Positions 1 to 9,876 of a DNA stretch of 64,000 bases are shown one piece after another. Position 1 is the stretch's first letter; every line of letters starts with the position of its first letter. Under the pieces are notes generated by a model. It made no database searches, was not told where the DNA came from, and saw only the letters and a program-made list of their open reading frames with translations. Position numbers and translations under genes: made by a program. The DNA lies in assembly GCA_963755915.1 (NCBI GenBank), contig CAVWLP010000003.1, forward strand, positions 1,280,001-1,344,000, read 5' to 3'. The DNA is from an uncultured Phycisphaerales bacterium (GTDB lineage: Bacteria; Planctomycetota; Phycisphaerae; Tepidisphaerales; Tepidisphaeraceae).

Positions 1-1109
1 GCGCTGGGGGCGATTCGGGCGTTTCTGGCGGCGGGGGAAAATGGGGTGAAATGGGGATGGTATGGGGTGGCGTCGGTGCTGTTTGTGGCGGCGCTGTTTT
101 CGAAGCCTACGGTGGTGATGACGCCGGTGATTGCGCTGGTTCTGGATGCGGGGATGCTGGGGCGGGGGTGGAAGCGGGAATTGGGGATGATGTTGCCGTG
201 GCTGGGGGGGAGCGCGGTGTTTGCGTGGATTGCGCATCGGGTGCAGAGCGGGGTGTGGATGCCGATGGTGGATCGGCCCGTGGTGGCGCTGGATTGTGTT
301 TCGTTTTACTGCCAGAAGGTTTTGTGGCCCGTGGGACTGACGATTGATTATGGGCGGACGCCGGCGCGGGTGATGGCGGGAAATCAGTGGATTTTGAATT
401 GCGTGGTGATGGTGGCGCTGGGGGCGACGCTGTGGAGCGTGCGACGGATTTACCGGGGGGTGGCGGTAGGCGCGCTGGTTTCGGTGGTTGCGCTGCTGCC
501 GGTGCTGGGGTTTGTGCCGTTTTATTTCCAGGAGTTTTCGTCGGTAGCGGATCGGTATTTTTATCTGGCGATGCTAGGGCCGGCGCTGGCGGTGGCGTCG
601 CTACTCGCGCGGGCGCCGTGGCGGGCGGCGCTACCGATGGCGATGGGGGTGGGTGTGCTGCTGGCGATTCTGACGACGTTTCAGCTTGGGGTGTGGGCGG
701 ATACGCCGTCGCTGGCGGCGCATGCGCTGAAAGTTGATCCGGGCAGCGCGATTGGGAATTACATCGCCGGGGAAATTGCGAGCGTGTCGGGGAATCCGCG
801 GAAGGCGGAGGATTATTTTGCGCGTTGATCCAGCGCAATCCGGGATATCCGGATGTGCACTTCGATCTGGGTAATGTTTATCTGATGCAGGGTGAATATC
901 AGGCTGCAATTGACGAATTTGAGGAGGCGATCAAGTGGTGGCAGAGCCCATCGATTCAGGCGATGAATAACCTGGGAGTCGCGTATGCGAAGATGGGGCG
1001 AGAGGGGGAGGCGGCGGAAGAGTTTGGGAAAATCCTGGAAATTGACCCGGAAAATGCCCAGGCAGAGCAAAATTTGAAAATCATTTCCGGCGGCGTGCCA
1101 ACGAAGTGA
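1..1109 (+). CDS. TMTC-like multi-TM protein with C-terminal TPRs (5'-truncated; frameshift ~826)
   Basis: ALFSKP..., ADRYFYLAMLG, LGVWADTPSL motifs followed by TPR repeats (AMNNLGVAYAKMG) in the 825..1109 frame. Confidence 0.75.
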
Positions 1110-1150
1110 ATTGGGCTTAAACTAGAAATCGAATGTGGCGCGGCGATCGG

Positions 1151-1190
1151 CCCCGACCCCTGCCCTCCCCCGAATTATCAGGGGAGGGGG
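1151..1190. repeat. REP-like palindrome (CCCTCxCCC...GGGxGAGGG family)
   Basis: ccctccccc-gaattatca-ggggaggg; related copies at 17551, 21181, 27358, 27447. Confidence 0.6.
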
Positions 1191-1211
1191 AAAATGCGAG
1201 AAAGGTTTCAA

Positions 1212-2108
1212 TTGGCGCAGGCAGTACGAGCGGTGGTGAGCGTTCTGGGGAAGGACCAGAAGGGGGTGGTTGCGCGCTTTGCGACGTATGTGGCGGAGCG
1301 CGGGATCAATATCGAGGATATCGAGCAGAGGGTGGTGCGCGGGTTTTTTCTGATGGACATGCTGGTGGATCTGAAGGAACTTTCGGTCGATCTTTCGGAA
1401 TTGATCACGGGATTGCTGGAGCTGGGGAAGCAGCTTGAGATGGAAGTTCGCGTGCATCTGCACAGCGAGCGGCGATTGAAGAAAGTGGCGATTTTGGTGA
1501 GCAAGGAGCCGCACTGTTTGAAGCGGCTGTTTGATGATTTCGGGGAGAAGAAATTGAACGGGGCAATTGCGGGGGTGCTGGCGAACCATGCGAACCTGGA
1601 GCCGCTGGCGAAGGAGGCGGGATGCTCGTTTGCGTTTTATCCATCGGATGAGCCGGAGCGGCACTTCGACTGGCTGCTGAAGAATTTGCAGACGCTGAAT
1701 CCGGATTTGGTGGTGCTGGCGAGGTATATGCGGATTTTGCCGGAGCGGATCGTGGCGGCGTTTCGGCACAAGATCATCAACATTCATCCGTCGCTGCTGC
1801 CGTTTTTTCCGGGAGCGGCGCCGTATAAGCAGGCGTATGAGAGCGGGGTTCGGGTGCATGGATGCACGGCGCATTTTGTGACGGAGCAACTGGACGAGGG
1901 GCCGGTGATTTTGCAGGACGTGTTTCACATCAACGTGGGGGCGGATTCGCTGGAGGACGTGAAGGAGAAGGGTTTGAACCTGGAGGCGGACGTTTTGAGC
2001 CGAGCGGTGAAGCTTTTTCTGGACGAGGAACTGGTGGTGGTGGACGGGAAGGTGATCTTCAAGCCGGGGATCAGCCGGTTTTTCCAGCCGGGCGCGTCGC
2101 GACAGTGA
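1212..2108 (+). CDS. purU: formyltetrahydrofolate deformylase
   Basis: N-terminal ACT domain, VSKEPHCL, VVLARYMRIL, IINIHPSLLPFFPGA, TAHFVTEQLDEGPVI; start uncertain (1194-1236). Confidence 0.93.
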   Translation: MAQAVRAVVSVLGKDQKGVVARFATYVAERGINIEDIEQRVVRGFFLMDMLVDLKELSVDLSELITGLLELGKQLEMEVRVHLHSERRLKKVAILVSKEPHCLKRLFDDFGEKKLNGAIAGVLANHANLEPLAKEAGCSFAFYPSDEPERHFDWLLKNLQTLNPDLVVLARYMRILPERIVAAFRHKIINIHPSLLPFFPGAAPYKQAYESGVRVHGCTAHFVTEQLDEGPVILQDVFHINVGADSLEDVKEKGLNLEADVLSRAVKLFLDEELVVVDGKVIFKPGISRFFQPGASRQ

Positions 2109-2896
2109 TTTTCATTGCGGAACCATATCGGGAGATTCTTGGGGGGATCGCGAAAGAGCCCCGGCGGATTTTTGACGATCCGGCGATCGTGCCGTGGCGG
2201 ACGCTGGAGGACCGGGAGAATTGCGTGTGGGAGATTGCCGGGGAAGGGAAGACGTTCCGGCTGCACGTGAAGCGATTTCGACGGCCACAGGACGCGTTGC
2301 ACGCGAAATCGGAGGCGCTGGGATATCGGGCGCTTCAGGAACGGCATATTCCCGCGGCGATGGTGGCGGCGTGGGGGCAACTGGCGGACGGACGAAGCTT
2401 TATTGCCACGGAGGATTTGGGGGCGTTCGAGCCGGCGGACAAGATGGTGGAGGGGGGATTTTCGTTTGAGCGAATTTTGAATCCGACGGCGGAACTGGCG
2501 GCGGCGCTGCACAATTCAGGGCTGCATCATCGGGACCTTTATCTGTGTCATTTCATGGTGAGCAATCATGCGGATCGGCAGCCGGAGATACGGTTGATCG
2601 ACGCGATGCGGGTGCGCGAGCTGCCTGGTCCGCTGACGCGGCGGAGGTGGATTGTGAAGGACCTGGCGCAGTTCTGGTTCAGCACGACGCGGTTGCCGAT
2701 CAGCGACTTGCAGCGGGATGCGTGGCTGTCGACGTATGTCGAGCGGACGAAAATGGGGGGCGCGGATCGGCTGCGGGGGGCGATCGTTCGGAAAAGCAAT
2801 GCGATCAGGGCGCACGATCGGCGGCTGAGGATTCGGGAGCCGGGAAGGAATATTTCGATTCCGAATCCCCAGCGGTCGAGTAACCCGGCAATTTAG
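2105..2896 (+). CDS. lipopolysaccharide kinase InaA/Kdo-WaaP family
   Basis: LHVKRF, HHRDLYLCHF, RLIDA, RRWIVKDLAQ; GTG overlaps the purU stop. Confidence 0.8.
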   Translation: MIFIAEPYREILGGIAKEPRRIFDDPAIVPWRTLEDRENCVWEIAGEGKTFRLHVKRFRRPQDALHAKSEALGYRALQERHIPAAMVAAWGQLADGRSFIATEDLGAFEPADKMVEGGFSFERILNPTAELAAALHNSGLHHRDLYLCHFMVSNHADRQPEIRLIDAMRVRELPGPLTRRRWIVKDLAQFWFSTTRLPISDLQRDAWLSTYVERTKMGGADRLRGAIVRKSNAIRAHDRRLRIREPGRNISIPNPQRSSNPAI

Positions 2897-2897
2897 A

Positions 2898-3254
2898 TTA
2901 TCGGCGGGAAACCATGGCGAGGGCGTCGGGGCGGGTTTTGACGATGGTGAAGAGGCGTTCGAGGCAGCAGGTTCGGAAGATGCGCAGGAGCTGCGGGGAC
3001 ATGCCGCAAAGGATGAGGGTTCCGCCGCCGGAGCGGATGCGCTTGCGCATGTTGACGAAGAGGCCGAGCATGGAGCTGCCCATGTATTCGACCTGGCTGA
3101 GATCGACGACCCAGAACTGGGCGCGCTTGGGGTCGAGGGCGCCCAGGACGGAATCGATAAGGCCGTCGATTTCCATGCTGTCGAGAATCGGAGGTAGATT
3201 AAATTGCAGAATATTAGCGGAGGAATCCTGGGTGATCTGGAATCGCTGGGGCAT
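2898..3254 (-). CDS. STAS-domain anti-sigma-factor antagonist
   Basis: VVDLSQVEYMGSSMLGLFV...GGTLILCG. Confidence 0.88.
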   Translation of the reverse strand: MPQRFQITQDSSANILQFNLPPILDSMEIDGLIDSVLGALDPKRAQFWVVDLSQVEYMGSSMLGLFVNMRKRIRSGGGTLILCGMSPQLLRIFRTCCLERLFTIVKTRPDALAMVSRR

Positions 3255-3275
3255 TGGTTCAGATAACAATATCGT

Positions 3276-4376
3276 CTATCTGACCTGAAGACTATCAGAA
3301 TCGTAAACGATGCCGAGTGGAGCGATCTCGACGGCTTTTCGGACGCCGTCTTTGACGACTTTACCGGCATTCCAGGCGTTGAACTGGACAGCCTGGGCAG
3401 CGGCGAGGCAGGCGGAAACATCGGCCGGGGCGACGTAGGCGGCGAAGCCGGCGCCCATGTTGAAGGTGGCGTAGGCCTCGCGCGTGTCGACGGGGCCGTG
3501 TTTTTGGATGAAACTAAAGATGGGGGGAACGGGGGGTAAAGCGGTGATGCGATAGACGAAGGGTTCGGGGAGGCGCATCAGTTTTCGCCAGCCGTGGCCG
3601 GTGATGTGGGAGAGGTATTTGAGGCGCAGGCCGCGGCGCTGACATTCGGCGACGAAGGGGACGTAGATGGCGGAGGGATCGAGGAGGGCCTGGCCAAAGG
3701 GGCGGCCGTCGTCGATGGGGGTCCGATAACCATCGGGAAGTTTTGCGGCGAGGGCGCGGCAGAGGGTGAGGCCGTTGGTGTGAACGCCGGTGCTGGCAAT
3801 GAGGATGATGGCGTCGCCGTCGGCGATGTCGCCGGCGATGCGAAGAGATTTGGGGCGGATTCGACCGAGGGCGGAGCCGGCGAGGACGATGGTTTGGGGA
3901 TCGACGATGCCGGAAAGGGCGGGCGTTTCGCCACCGGCCCAGACGGCGCCGGCACGGCGGCAGCCTTCGGCGAAGCCGGAGGCGAGATCTTCAGCGCGGG
4001 CGGTGTTGGCGAACCAGGAGGAGTCGCCTACGGCGGCGTGCATGGCGACGGAGATGGGGAGTGCGCCGGTGGTGACCAGGTCGTTGACGATGGTGGCGAC
4101 GGTGTCGATGCCGATGTTTGCGTAATAACTTTTGCCGGTGAGCTGGAGCATGGCGTCGGCGACGAGATTTTTGGTGCCGAGGCCTTCCTCGACGTGGGCG
4201 AGGAATTCATCGGGGGTTTCGAGGAGATAGGCGCTTTCGCCGCGGATGCCCTGGGGCTCGGTGAGGCCGTGGGATTTGAGGGCGGGTATGGTGGTGGCGG
4301 CGGCGCGCTGGCAGGCGCGTTTGAAGGCGTCGAGGGGGCCGTAGTCGACGCCGGCGGATTCGTAGGTGAGGGCCAC
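3276..4376 (-). CDS. purM: phosphoribosylformylglycinamidine cyclo-ligase (AIR synthase)
   Basis: LTYESAGVD, EGLGTK, VNDL, GGETP, STGVHTNG, HITGHG, TFNMGAG. Confidence 0.9.
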   Translation of the reverse strand: MALTYESAGVDYGPLDAFKRACQRAAATTIPALKSHGLTEPQGIRGESAYLLETPDEFLAHVEEGLGTKNLVADAMLQLTGKSYYANIGIDTVATIVNDLVTTGALPISVAMHAAVGDSSWFANTARAEDLASGFAEGCRRAGAVWAGGETPALSGIVDPQTIVLAGSALGRIRPKSLRIAGDIADGDAIILIASTGVHTNGLTLCRALAAKLPDGYRTPIDDGRPFGQALLDPSAIYVPFVAECQRRGLRLKYLSHITGHGWRKLMRLPEPFVYRITALPPVPPIFSFIQKHGPVDTREAYATFNMGAGFAAYVAPADVSACLAAAQAVQFNAWNAGKVVKDGVRKAVEIAPLGIVYDSDSLQVR

Positions 4377-4454
4377 GTCTATTTCTTATTGGAAGACGGG
4401 GTGAATGCCAAGTGTCGCATGTGAGCAGCATAGTCTTGGGGTAAGATGAGGGGT

Positions 4455-5299
4455 ATGCAGCGACTGGCTTTTTCGACCAATGCATTCAAGAAAAATACGC
4501 TTGCCGAGGCGATTGAGGCGATTGCGGCGGCGGGATATGGCGGGGTGGAATTGATGGCGGATGTACCGCATGCGTATCCCCCGTCGTTTGATTCTGAAGC
4601 GCGGATGATGACGAAAAAGCGTTTGGGCGAGTTGGGGCTGGGGGTGAGCAACATCAACGGGTTTACGCTGTTCGCGGAGGGGGACACGTATCATCCGAGC
4701 TGGATCGAGGAGGACGATCGCCGGCGCGAGGTGCGCGTGGAACACACGATGGGTTGCATTGAGCTGGCGAATGCGATGGATTGCCGGACGGTGAGCCTCC
4801 AGCCGGGGGGGCCGATGATTGGGACGACGATCGATCGGAAGACTGCGGGGGAGCGATTCGCGGAGGGATTGGAGAGGCTTTTGCCGCTGGCGCAGCGGCA
4901 TGGCGTGACACTTTGCATCGAGCCGGAGCCGGGGTTGTTTATTGAGACATCCACCGAATATATGGAGTTTAAGAAGGAGTTTTTTAAGGGGGAGGCTGGC
5001 GTGCGGATGAACTGCGACATCGGGCATTTGTTTTGTGTGGGGGAAGACCCGGCGGAGGTCATCCGGTCGATGCCGGGGGAGATTGTTCATGTTCATCTGG
5101 AGGATATTGGGAAGAACCGGGTGCATCAGCACCTGGCGCCGGGGAAGGGGGCGATTGATTTTGGGTCGGTTTTTGGGCGCTGCGGGAGATTGGGTATGGG
5201 GGGTGGGTGACGGTGGAGCTTTATCCTTACGAAGCTACGGCGGGGGAAGTGGCGAAAAGGGCATTCGATTATCTCAAGTCGATCGTCGGTTCTGCGTGA
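4455..5299 (+). CDS. sugar phosphate isomerase/epimerase (TIM barrel), frameshift ~5175
   Basis: IEPEPG, CDIGH, HVHLED, HLAPGKGAIDF; continues in another frame as ALREIGYGGWVTVELYPY. Confidence 0.8.
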
Positions 5300-5343
5300 A
5301 ATTCGCCTGTCGCGAGGCCAGCCCGTAGAATTGAGGATTCGCT

Positions 5344-6626
5344 ATGGACTTTTTCAATTACAAGAACGGCGAGCTTTATTGCGAAGATGTACCCGCGGAC
5401 AAAATTGCGCGCGACGTCGGGACTCCGGCGTATGTTTATTCAAAGGCGACGTTTCTGCACCATTACCGGCAGATTGCAGAGGCGTTTGCAGAGCTGAAGC
5501 CGACGATCTGCTTTTCGGTGAAGAGCTGCGGGAATATCCACATTCTGAGAATGCTGGCCCAGGAGGGGTGCAGTTTTGACGTGACCAGCGGCGGGGAGCT
5601 TTTCCGGCGCTAAAGGCGGGGGGCAAGGCGAAGGACATCATCTACGCGGGCGTGGGAAAGACGGATCAGGAGATCGCGGATGCGATCAACGCGGGGATCG
5701 CGGCGTTCAACCTGGAGTCGGAAGCGGAAATTGAGAATATCGACCGCGTCGCCAGGTCGCTTGGCAAGACCGCGGTGGGCGCGATCCGCATCAACCCTGA
5801 TGTCGACGCGAAAACGCACGTCAAGACGAGCACCGGGAAAAAAGGGGACAAGTTCGGCGTGGACATCGAACGCGCCCAGCGTGTTTTTGCCCAATATCGC
5901 GATTTGAAAAACCTTCGCGTGGCGGGAGTGCATATTCACATCGGCTCGCCGGTCAATCAGATTGAGCCGTATGTGGAAGCCGTTCGGAAAATCACCGCAC
6001 TGGCGGACGATCTGATCGAGCGCGGGTACGCGATCGAATGGTTCGACATGGGAGGCGGCTTCGGCGTGAACTACGAGCGCCCGGACCAGGCGCTTCCGGT
6101 CACGCAGCATGCGAAGGCGCTGATTCCGCTGCTGAAGGATAAGCCCTACAAGCTCGCGCTCGAGCCCGGCCGGTACATCGCCGGAAACGCGGGCATTCTT
6201 CTGACGCGCGTTCTCTATCGCAAAACGAGTGGCGAGAAGAAATACGTCATCGTGGATGCGGGGATGAACGACCTGATCCGGCCGACGTTGTATGAGAGTT
6301 ATCACTATATCTGGCCGGTGAAGCCGGACGCGGGGAACGTGCCGAATCAGCGGAACCGGGCGGCGGAGCCGCAGGGGGGAGAAATCGTGGACGTGGTGGG
6401 GCCGATTTGCGAGAGCGGGGATTATCTTGCGAAGAATCGGCCGTTGCCGGAGACGAAGCGCGGGGATCTGCTGGCGGTATTCACGGCGGGAGCCTATGGA
6501 TTCGCGATGAGCAGCAATTACAACAACCGGCCGCGCGCGCCGGAAGTGCTGGTGGAGGGGGATCGGTATCGCATTATCCGGCGGCGGGAAACGCTGGATG
6601 ATCTGATCGCGCCGGAACTCGTCTAG
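5344..6626 (+). CDS. lysA: diaminopimelate decarboxylase (frameshift ~5608)
   Basis: GTPAYVYS, FSVKS, FDVTSGGEL, HIHIGS, EPGRYIAG, GPICESGD, AGAYGFAMSSNYNNRPR. Confidence 0.93.
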
Positions 6627-6629
6627 AGC

Positions 6630-8150
6630 GTGCTCTATATGCAGGAAGCGGAGATCAATATCGAGCAGTCGCTGCGCGTTGCGCTGGGGCATCACCAAGC
6701 GGGGAGGCTGAAGGAAGCGAGGGAAATTTACCGGCAAATATTGGCGGCAAATCCGCAGCAGTGTGATGCGCTGCGGCTGATGGGGATGATCGCGCGGCAG
6801 GAGGGACGCGCGGAGGAGGCGGTGGATTGGATTCGGCGGTCGGTGGCGAGCGATCCCAGCCGGGCGGAGGGGCATCATAATCTGGGGGATGCGCTGAGAA
6901 GCGCGGGGAAGCGGGAAGAGGCGATTGTGGAGTATCGGAAGGCGATTGTGCTTCAGCCGGGCTGGGCGGAGGCGCATGGGGCGATGGGGGAGGCGCTGCG
7001 CGAGCAGGGGAAACTGGAGGAGGCGCTGGAGGCGTTTCGGAAGGTGGTGCAAATCAACCCGTCGATGCCGGCGGGATATCTGGCGCTGGGCAAGACGTAT
7101 CACGCGCAGGGGGAGCGAGGCAAGGCGCTGGCAGCGCTGGCGACGGCGATTCAGCTTCGGCCGAATTCGGTGGATGCGCATTACTGGCTGGGAAATGTGC
7201 TATGGGACGAGGACCGGATAGGGGACGCGATTACGGCATATAAGAAGGCGCTGGAGATCAATCCGGCGTTTGCATCGGCGAACTGGAATATCGGCAAGAT
7301 CTATATGCGGCAGGGGAAGCTTGAAGACGCGGTGATTTATTTCCGGCGGGCGGCGGAGATGAACCCGACGAATGCCAAGGCGCATTTTTTCCTGGGACAT
7401 ATATTGAAGAAGGCGGGACGACTGCCGGAGGCGGAAGCGGCGTTCCGGGAGGCGATGCGGCTGAAGCCGGATACGCCGGACTGGAAATTCAGGCTTTCGG
7501 CGCTGAGCGGGGACCGGCTGACGACGACGACGCCCCCGCAGTATGTGCGCGAGCTTTTTGATGAATATGCGGCGAAATTCGACAAGCATCTGGTGGAAAA
7601 GCTGAATTACCGCGGCCCGCAGCAATTGCTAGATGCGGTGCGCGCGGTGACGGCGCGGCAGGGGATGGACGTGCTGGACCTGGGGTGCGGGACGGGATTG
7701 TGCGGCGTGGCGATTCGTCCGCTGGCGCGGCGGCTGGTGGGGGTGGACCTTTCGCCAGCGATGCTGGCGGAGGCGCGGCGGAGGGGGATTTATGACGAGC
7801 TGATTAATGGCGAGCTTGTGCAGGCGATGGGCGGGATCAAAGAACAGTTTGATCTGATCATTGCGGGGGACGTGCTGATTTACGTGGGCGATTTGTCGGG
7901 ATTCATGCCGGCCGCGGCGGGGCTTCTGCGAAGCGGCGGGCTGATGGCGTGCTCGGTTGAAGAATATGACGGGACGGGATTTTTTCTGCACAGCGAGGAG
8001 CGGTTTGCGCATTCGCTGGCTTATATGCGCGACATGGGAGCGCCGTGCGGTCTTTCGGAGGTGGCGGCGACGAAAGTGGCGCTGAGGCGCAATGCGAGCG
8101 TGGATGTGCCGGGTTGGGTTGTGGTGATGGCGAAGGGTAATTCCGTTTGA
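6630..8150 (+). CDS. TPR-repeat + class I SAM methyltransferase (copy 1)
   Basis: multiple TPRs, then YVRELFDEYA..FD, VLDLGCGTGLCG, GVDLSPAML, RFAHS. Confidence 0.88.
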   Translation: MLYMQEAEINIEQSLRVALGHHQAGRLKEAREIYRQILAANPQQCDALRLMGMIARQEGRAEEAVDWIRRSVASDPSRAEGHHNLGDALRSAGKREEAIVEYRKAIVLQPGWAEAHGAMGEALREQGKLEEALEAFRKVVQINPSMPAGYLALGKTYHAQGERGKALAALATAIQLRPNSVDAHYWLGNVLWDEDRIGDAITAYKKALEINPAFASANWNIGKIYMRQGKLEDAVIYFRRAAEMNPTNAKAHFFLGHILKKAGRLPEAEAAFREAMRLKPDTPDWKFRLSALSGDRLTTTTPPQYVRELFDEYAAKFDKHLVEKLNYRGPQQLLDAVRAVTARQGMDVLDLGCGTGLCGVAIRPLARRLVGVDLSPAMLAEARRRGIYDELINGELVQAMGGIKEQFDLIIAGDVLIYVGDLSGFMPAAAGLLRSGGLMACSVEEYDGTGFFLHSEERFAHSLAYMRDMGAPCGLSEVAATKVALRRNASVDVPGWVVVMAKGNSV

Positions 8151-8226
8151 ATGCCGCGAGAGTTCTTGATATTGCCACTGGGCGTCGATAGGTTCGGTCG
8201 ATGGGAAGGTATGAGAGAAGTTTGGA

Positions 8227-8316
8227 GCGCCGGAGGTTTTGGTGAAGGGGAATCGTGTTCGGGTCAACCGCAGGCGCGGTACGCCGGATGATCTGATCGC
8301 GGCGGAAATGGTTTGA
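8227..8316 (+). pseudogene. duplicated 3' end of lysA (29 codons + stop)
   Basis: APEVLVKGNRVRVNRRRGTPDDLIAAEMV* vs lysA 6537-6626 APEVLVEGDRYRIIRRRETLDDLIAPELV*. Confidence 0.85.
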
Positions 8317-9819
8317 ATGCCGCAAGAGCAAATCAATATCGAGCAATCGCTGCGAAATGCACTGTCGCTTCACGCGGCTGGAAAGCTGACAGAGGCCGGG
8401 GAGATTTATCGCCAGATCCTGGCGGCCAGCCCGACACATTACGATGGGCAGCGGCTGCTGGGGGTGGCGGCGATGCAGGAGGGTCGGCTCGAAGAGGCCG
8501 AGCAATTGATCCGCGGGGCGATCGCGCGTGATCCGAAACGGGCAGAGGGTTACCACAATCTTGGCGATGTTCTGCGCCGCGGAAAGAGGAATGAAGAGGC
8601 GATCGCCTCGTATCGGAAATCGATCGAGCTTCAGCCCAACTGGGCGGAGGCGCACGCGGCGCTGGGAGATACACTGCGCGAGATGGGGCAGGTGGATCAT
8701 GCGGCGGAGGAGTTTCGGAAAGTCGTCGAGCTGAAGCCGCAGTTTGCCGCGGGTCACCTGGCGGTAGCGAAGATGCTGCACGCGAAGGGCGAGCGGGCGG
8801 CGGCGCTGGCGGCGATTGCAAAGGCGCTGCAGTTGAGAGCGGATTATCCGGATGCGTATGACTGCATGGGGAACGTGCTGTGGGAAGAGGGGCGAGTGGA
8901 CGAGGCGATCGAGGCATATTCCAACGCGCTGCGGATCGACCCGTCGTGCGTGCAGGCGAACTCACACATGGGCAAAATTCTCGTGCAGCGGCAGCGGATC
9001 GGCGAGGCGCTCATCTACGTCCAACGGGCAGTCGAATTGGAACCGAAGAATGCGGAAGCCTATTTTTTTCTGGGGCACGTGCTGGCGCGGTCGGGAAGGA
9101 AGGAGGAGGCGCTGGAAACGTTCAGGCAGGGAATGCGGCTGGATCCGAACGCGCACACGTGGAAGTTTCGGGTTTCGGCGCTCAGCGGCGACGGAATGAC
9201 AAAAACTGCGCCGGCGGATTACGTGCGGGGTCTGTTTGACAGATATGCGTCAGATTTCGAGAAGCATCTCGTGGAGAAGCTGAATTACCGCTCGCCGGAG
9301 CATATTTTTGAGGCGGTGAAACAGGCGACCCAACGCAACGAGCTGGACGTGCTGGATGCCGGGTGCGGCACGGGCCTGTGTGGCAAGCTGTTTCGACCGA
9401 TGGCGCGTCGCCTGGTGGGCGTGGACCTGTCGCCGGCGATGATTGTGGAGGCCACGCGGAGCGGGATCTATGACGAGCTGATTACTGGAGAAGTCGTGGA
9501 GGCGATGGGGGCGATGAAAGAGCAGTTTGATCTAATCGTTGCGGGAGATGTGCTGGTTTACGTGGGAGATTTGTCCGGGTTTATGCCGGCCGCGGCGGGG
9601 CTACTGCGAAGCGGCGGAATGCTGGCTTGCTCGATCGAAACTTATCTTCAAGAGGGATTTATCCTGCACAGGGAGGAGCGGTTTGCCCACTCGCTGGGGT
9701 ACATGCGGGAGATGGCGTCGGCGTCAGGCCTGAAGGAGATATCGGCAACACTGGTGGCGCTGCGGCGGCACGGAGAGATTGACGTGCCGGGGTATATCAT
9801 CGTGGTGGGAAAGACATAA
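8317..9819 (+). CDS. TPR-repeat + class I SAM methyltransferase (copy 2)
   Basis: collinear paralog of 6630..8150 (INIEQSLR, VLDAGCGTGLCG, GDLSGFMPAAAGLLRSGG). Confidence 0.88.
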   Translation: MPQEQINIEQSLRNALSLHAAGKLTEAGEIYRQILAASPTHYDGQRLLGVAAMQEGRLEEAEQLIRGAIARDPKRAEGYHNLGDVLRRGKRNEEAIASYRKSIELQPNWAEAHAALGDTLREMGQVDHAAEEFRKVVELKPQFAAGHLAVAKMLHAKGERAAALAAIAKALQLRADYPDAYDCMGNVLWEEGRVDEAIEAYSNALRIDPSCVQANSHMGKILVQRQRIGEALIYVQRAVELEPKNAEAYFFLGHVLARSGRKEEALETFRQGMRLDPNAHTWKFRVSALSGDGMTKTAPADYVRGLFDRYASDFEKHLVEKLNYRSPEHIFEAVKQATQRNELDVLDAGCGTGLCGKLFRPMARRLVGVDLSPAMIVEATRSGIYDELITGEVVEAMGAMKEQFDLIVAGDVLVYVGDLSGFMPAAAGLLRSGGMLACSIETYLQEGFILHREERFAHSLGYMREMASASGLKEISATLVALRRHGEIDVPGYIIVVGKT

Positions 9820-9876
9820 TCGATAAGATTGGGGAAATTGCTTGAACTGAGACGGCGAGGCCGATAGGTTCTGGCG

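Noticed and set aside
4377-4454. Purine/ZTP riboswitch upstream of purM (also checked purU and folE)
   Set aside because: The leaders are short or occupied by REP-like repeats, and no consensus motif was recognised.
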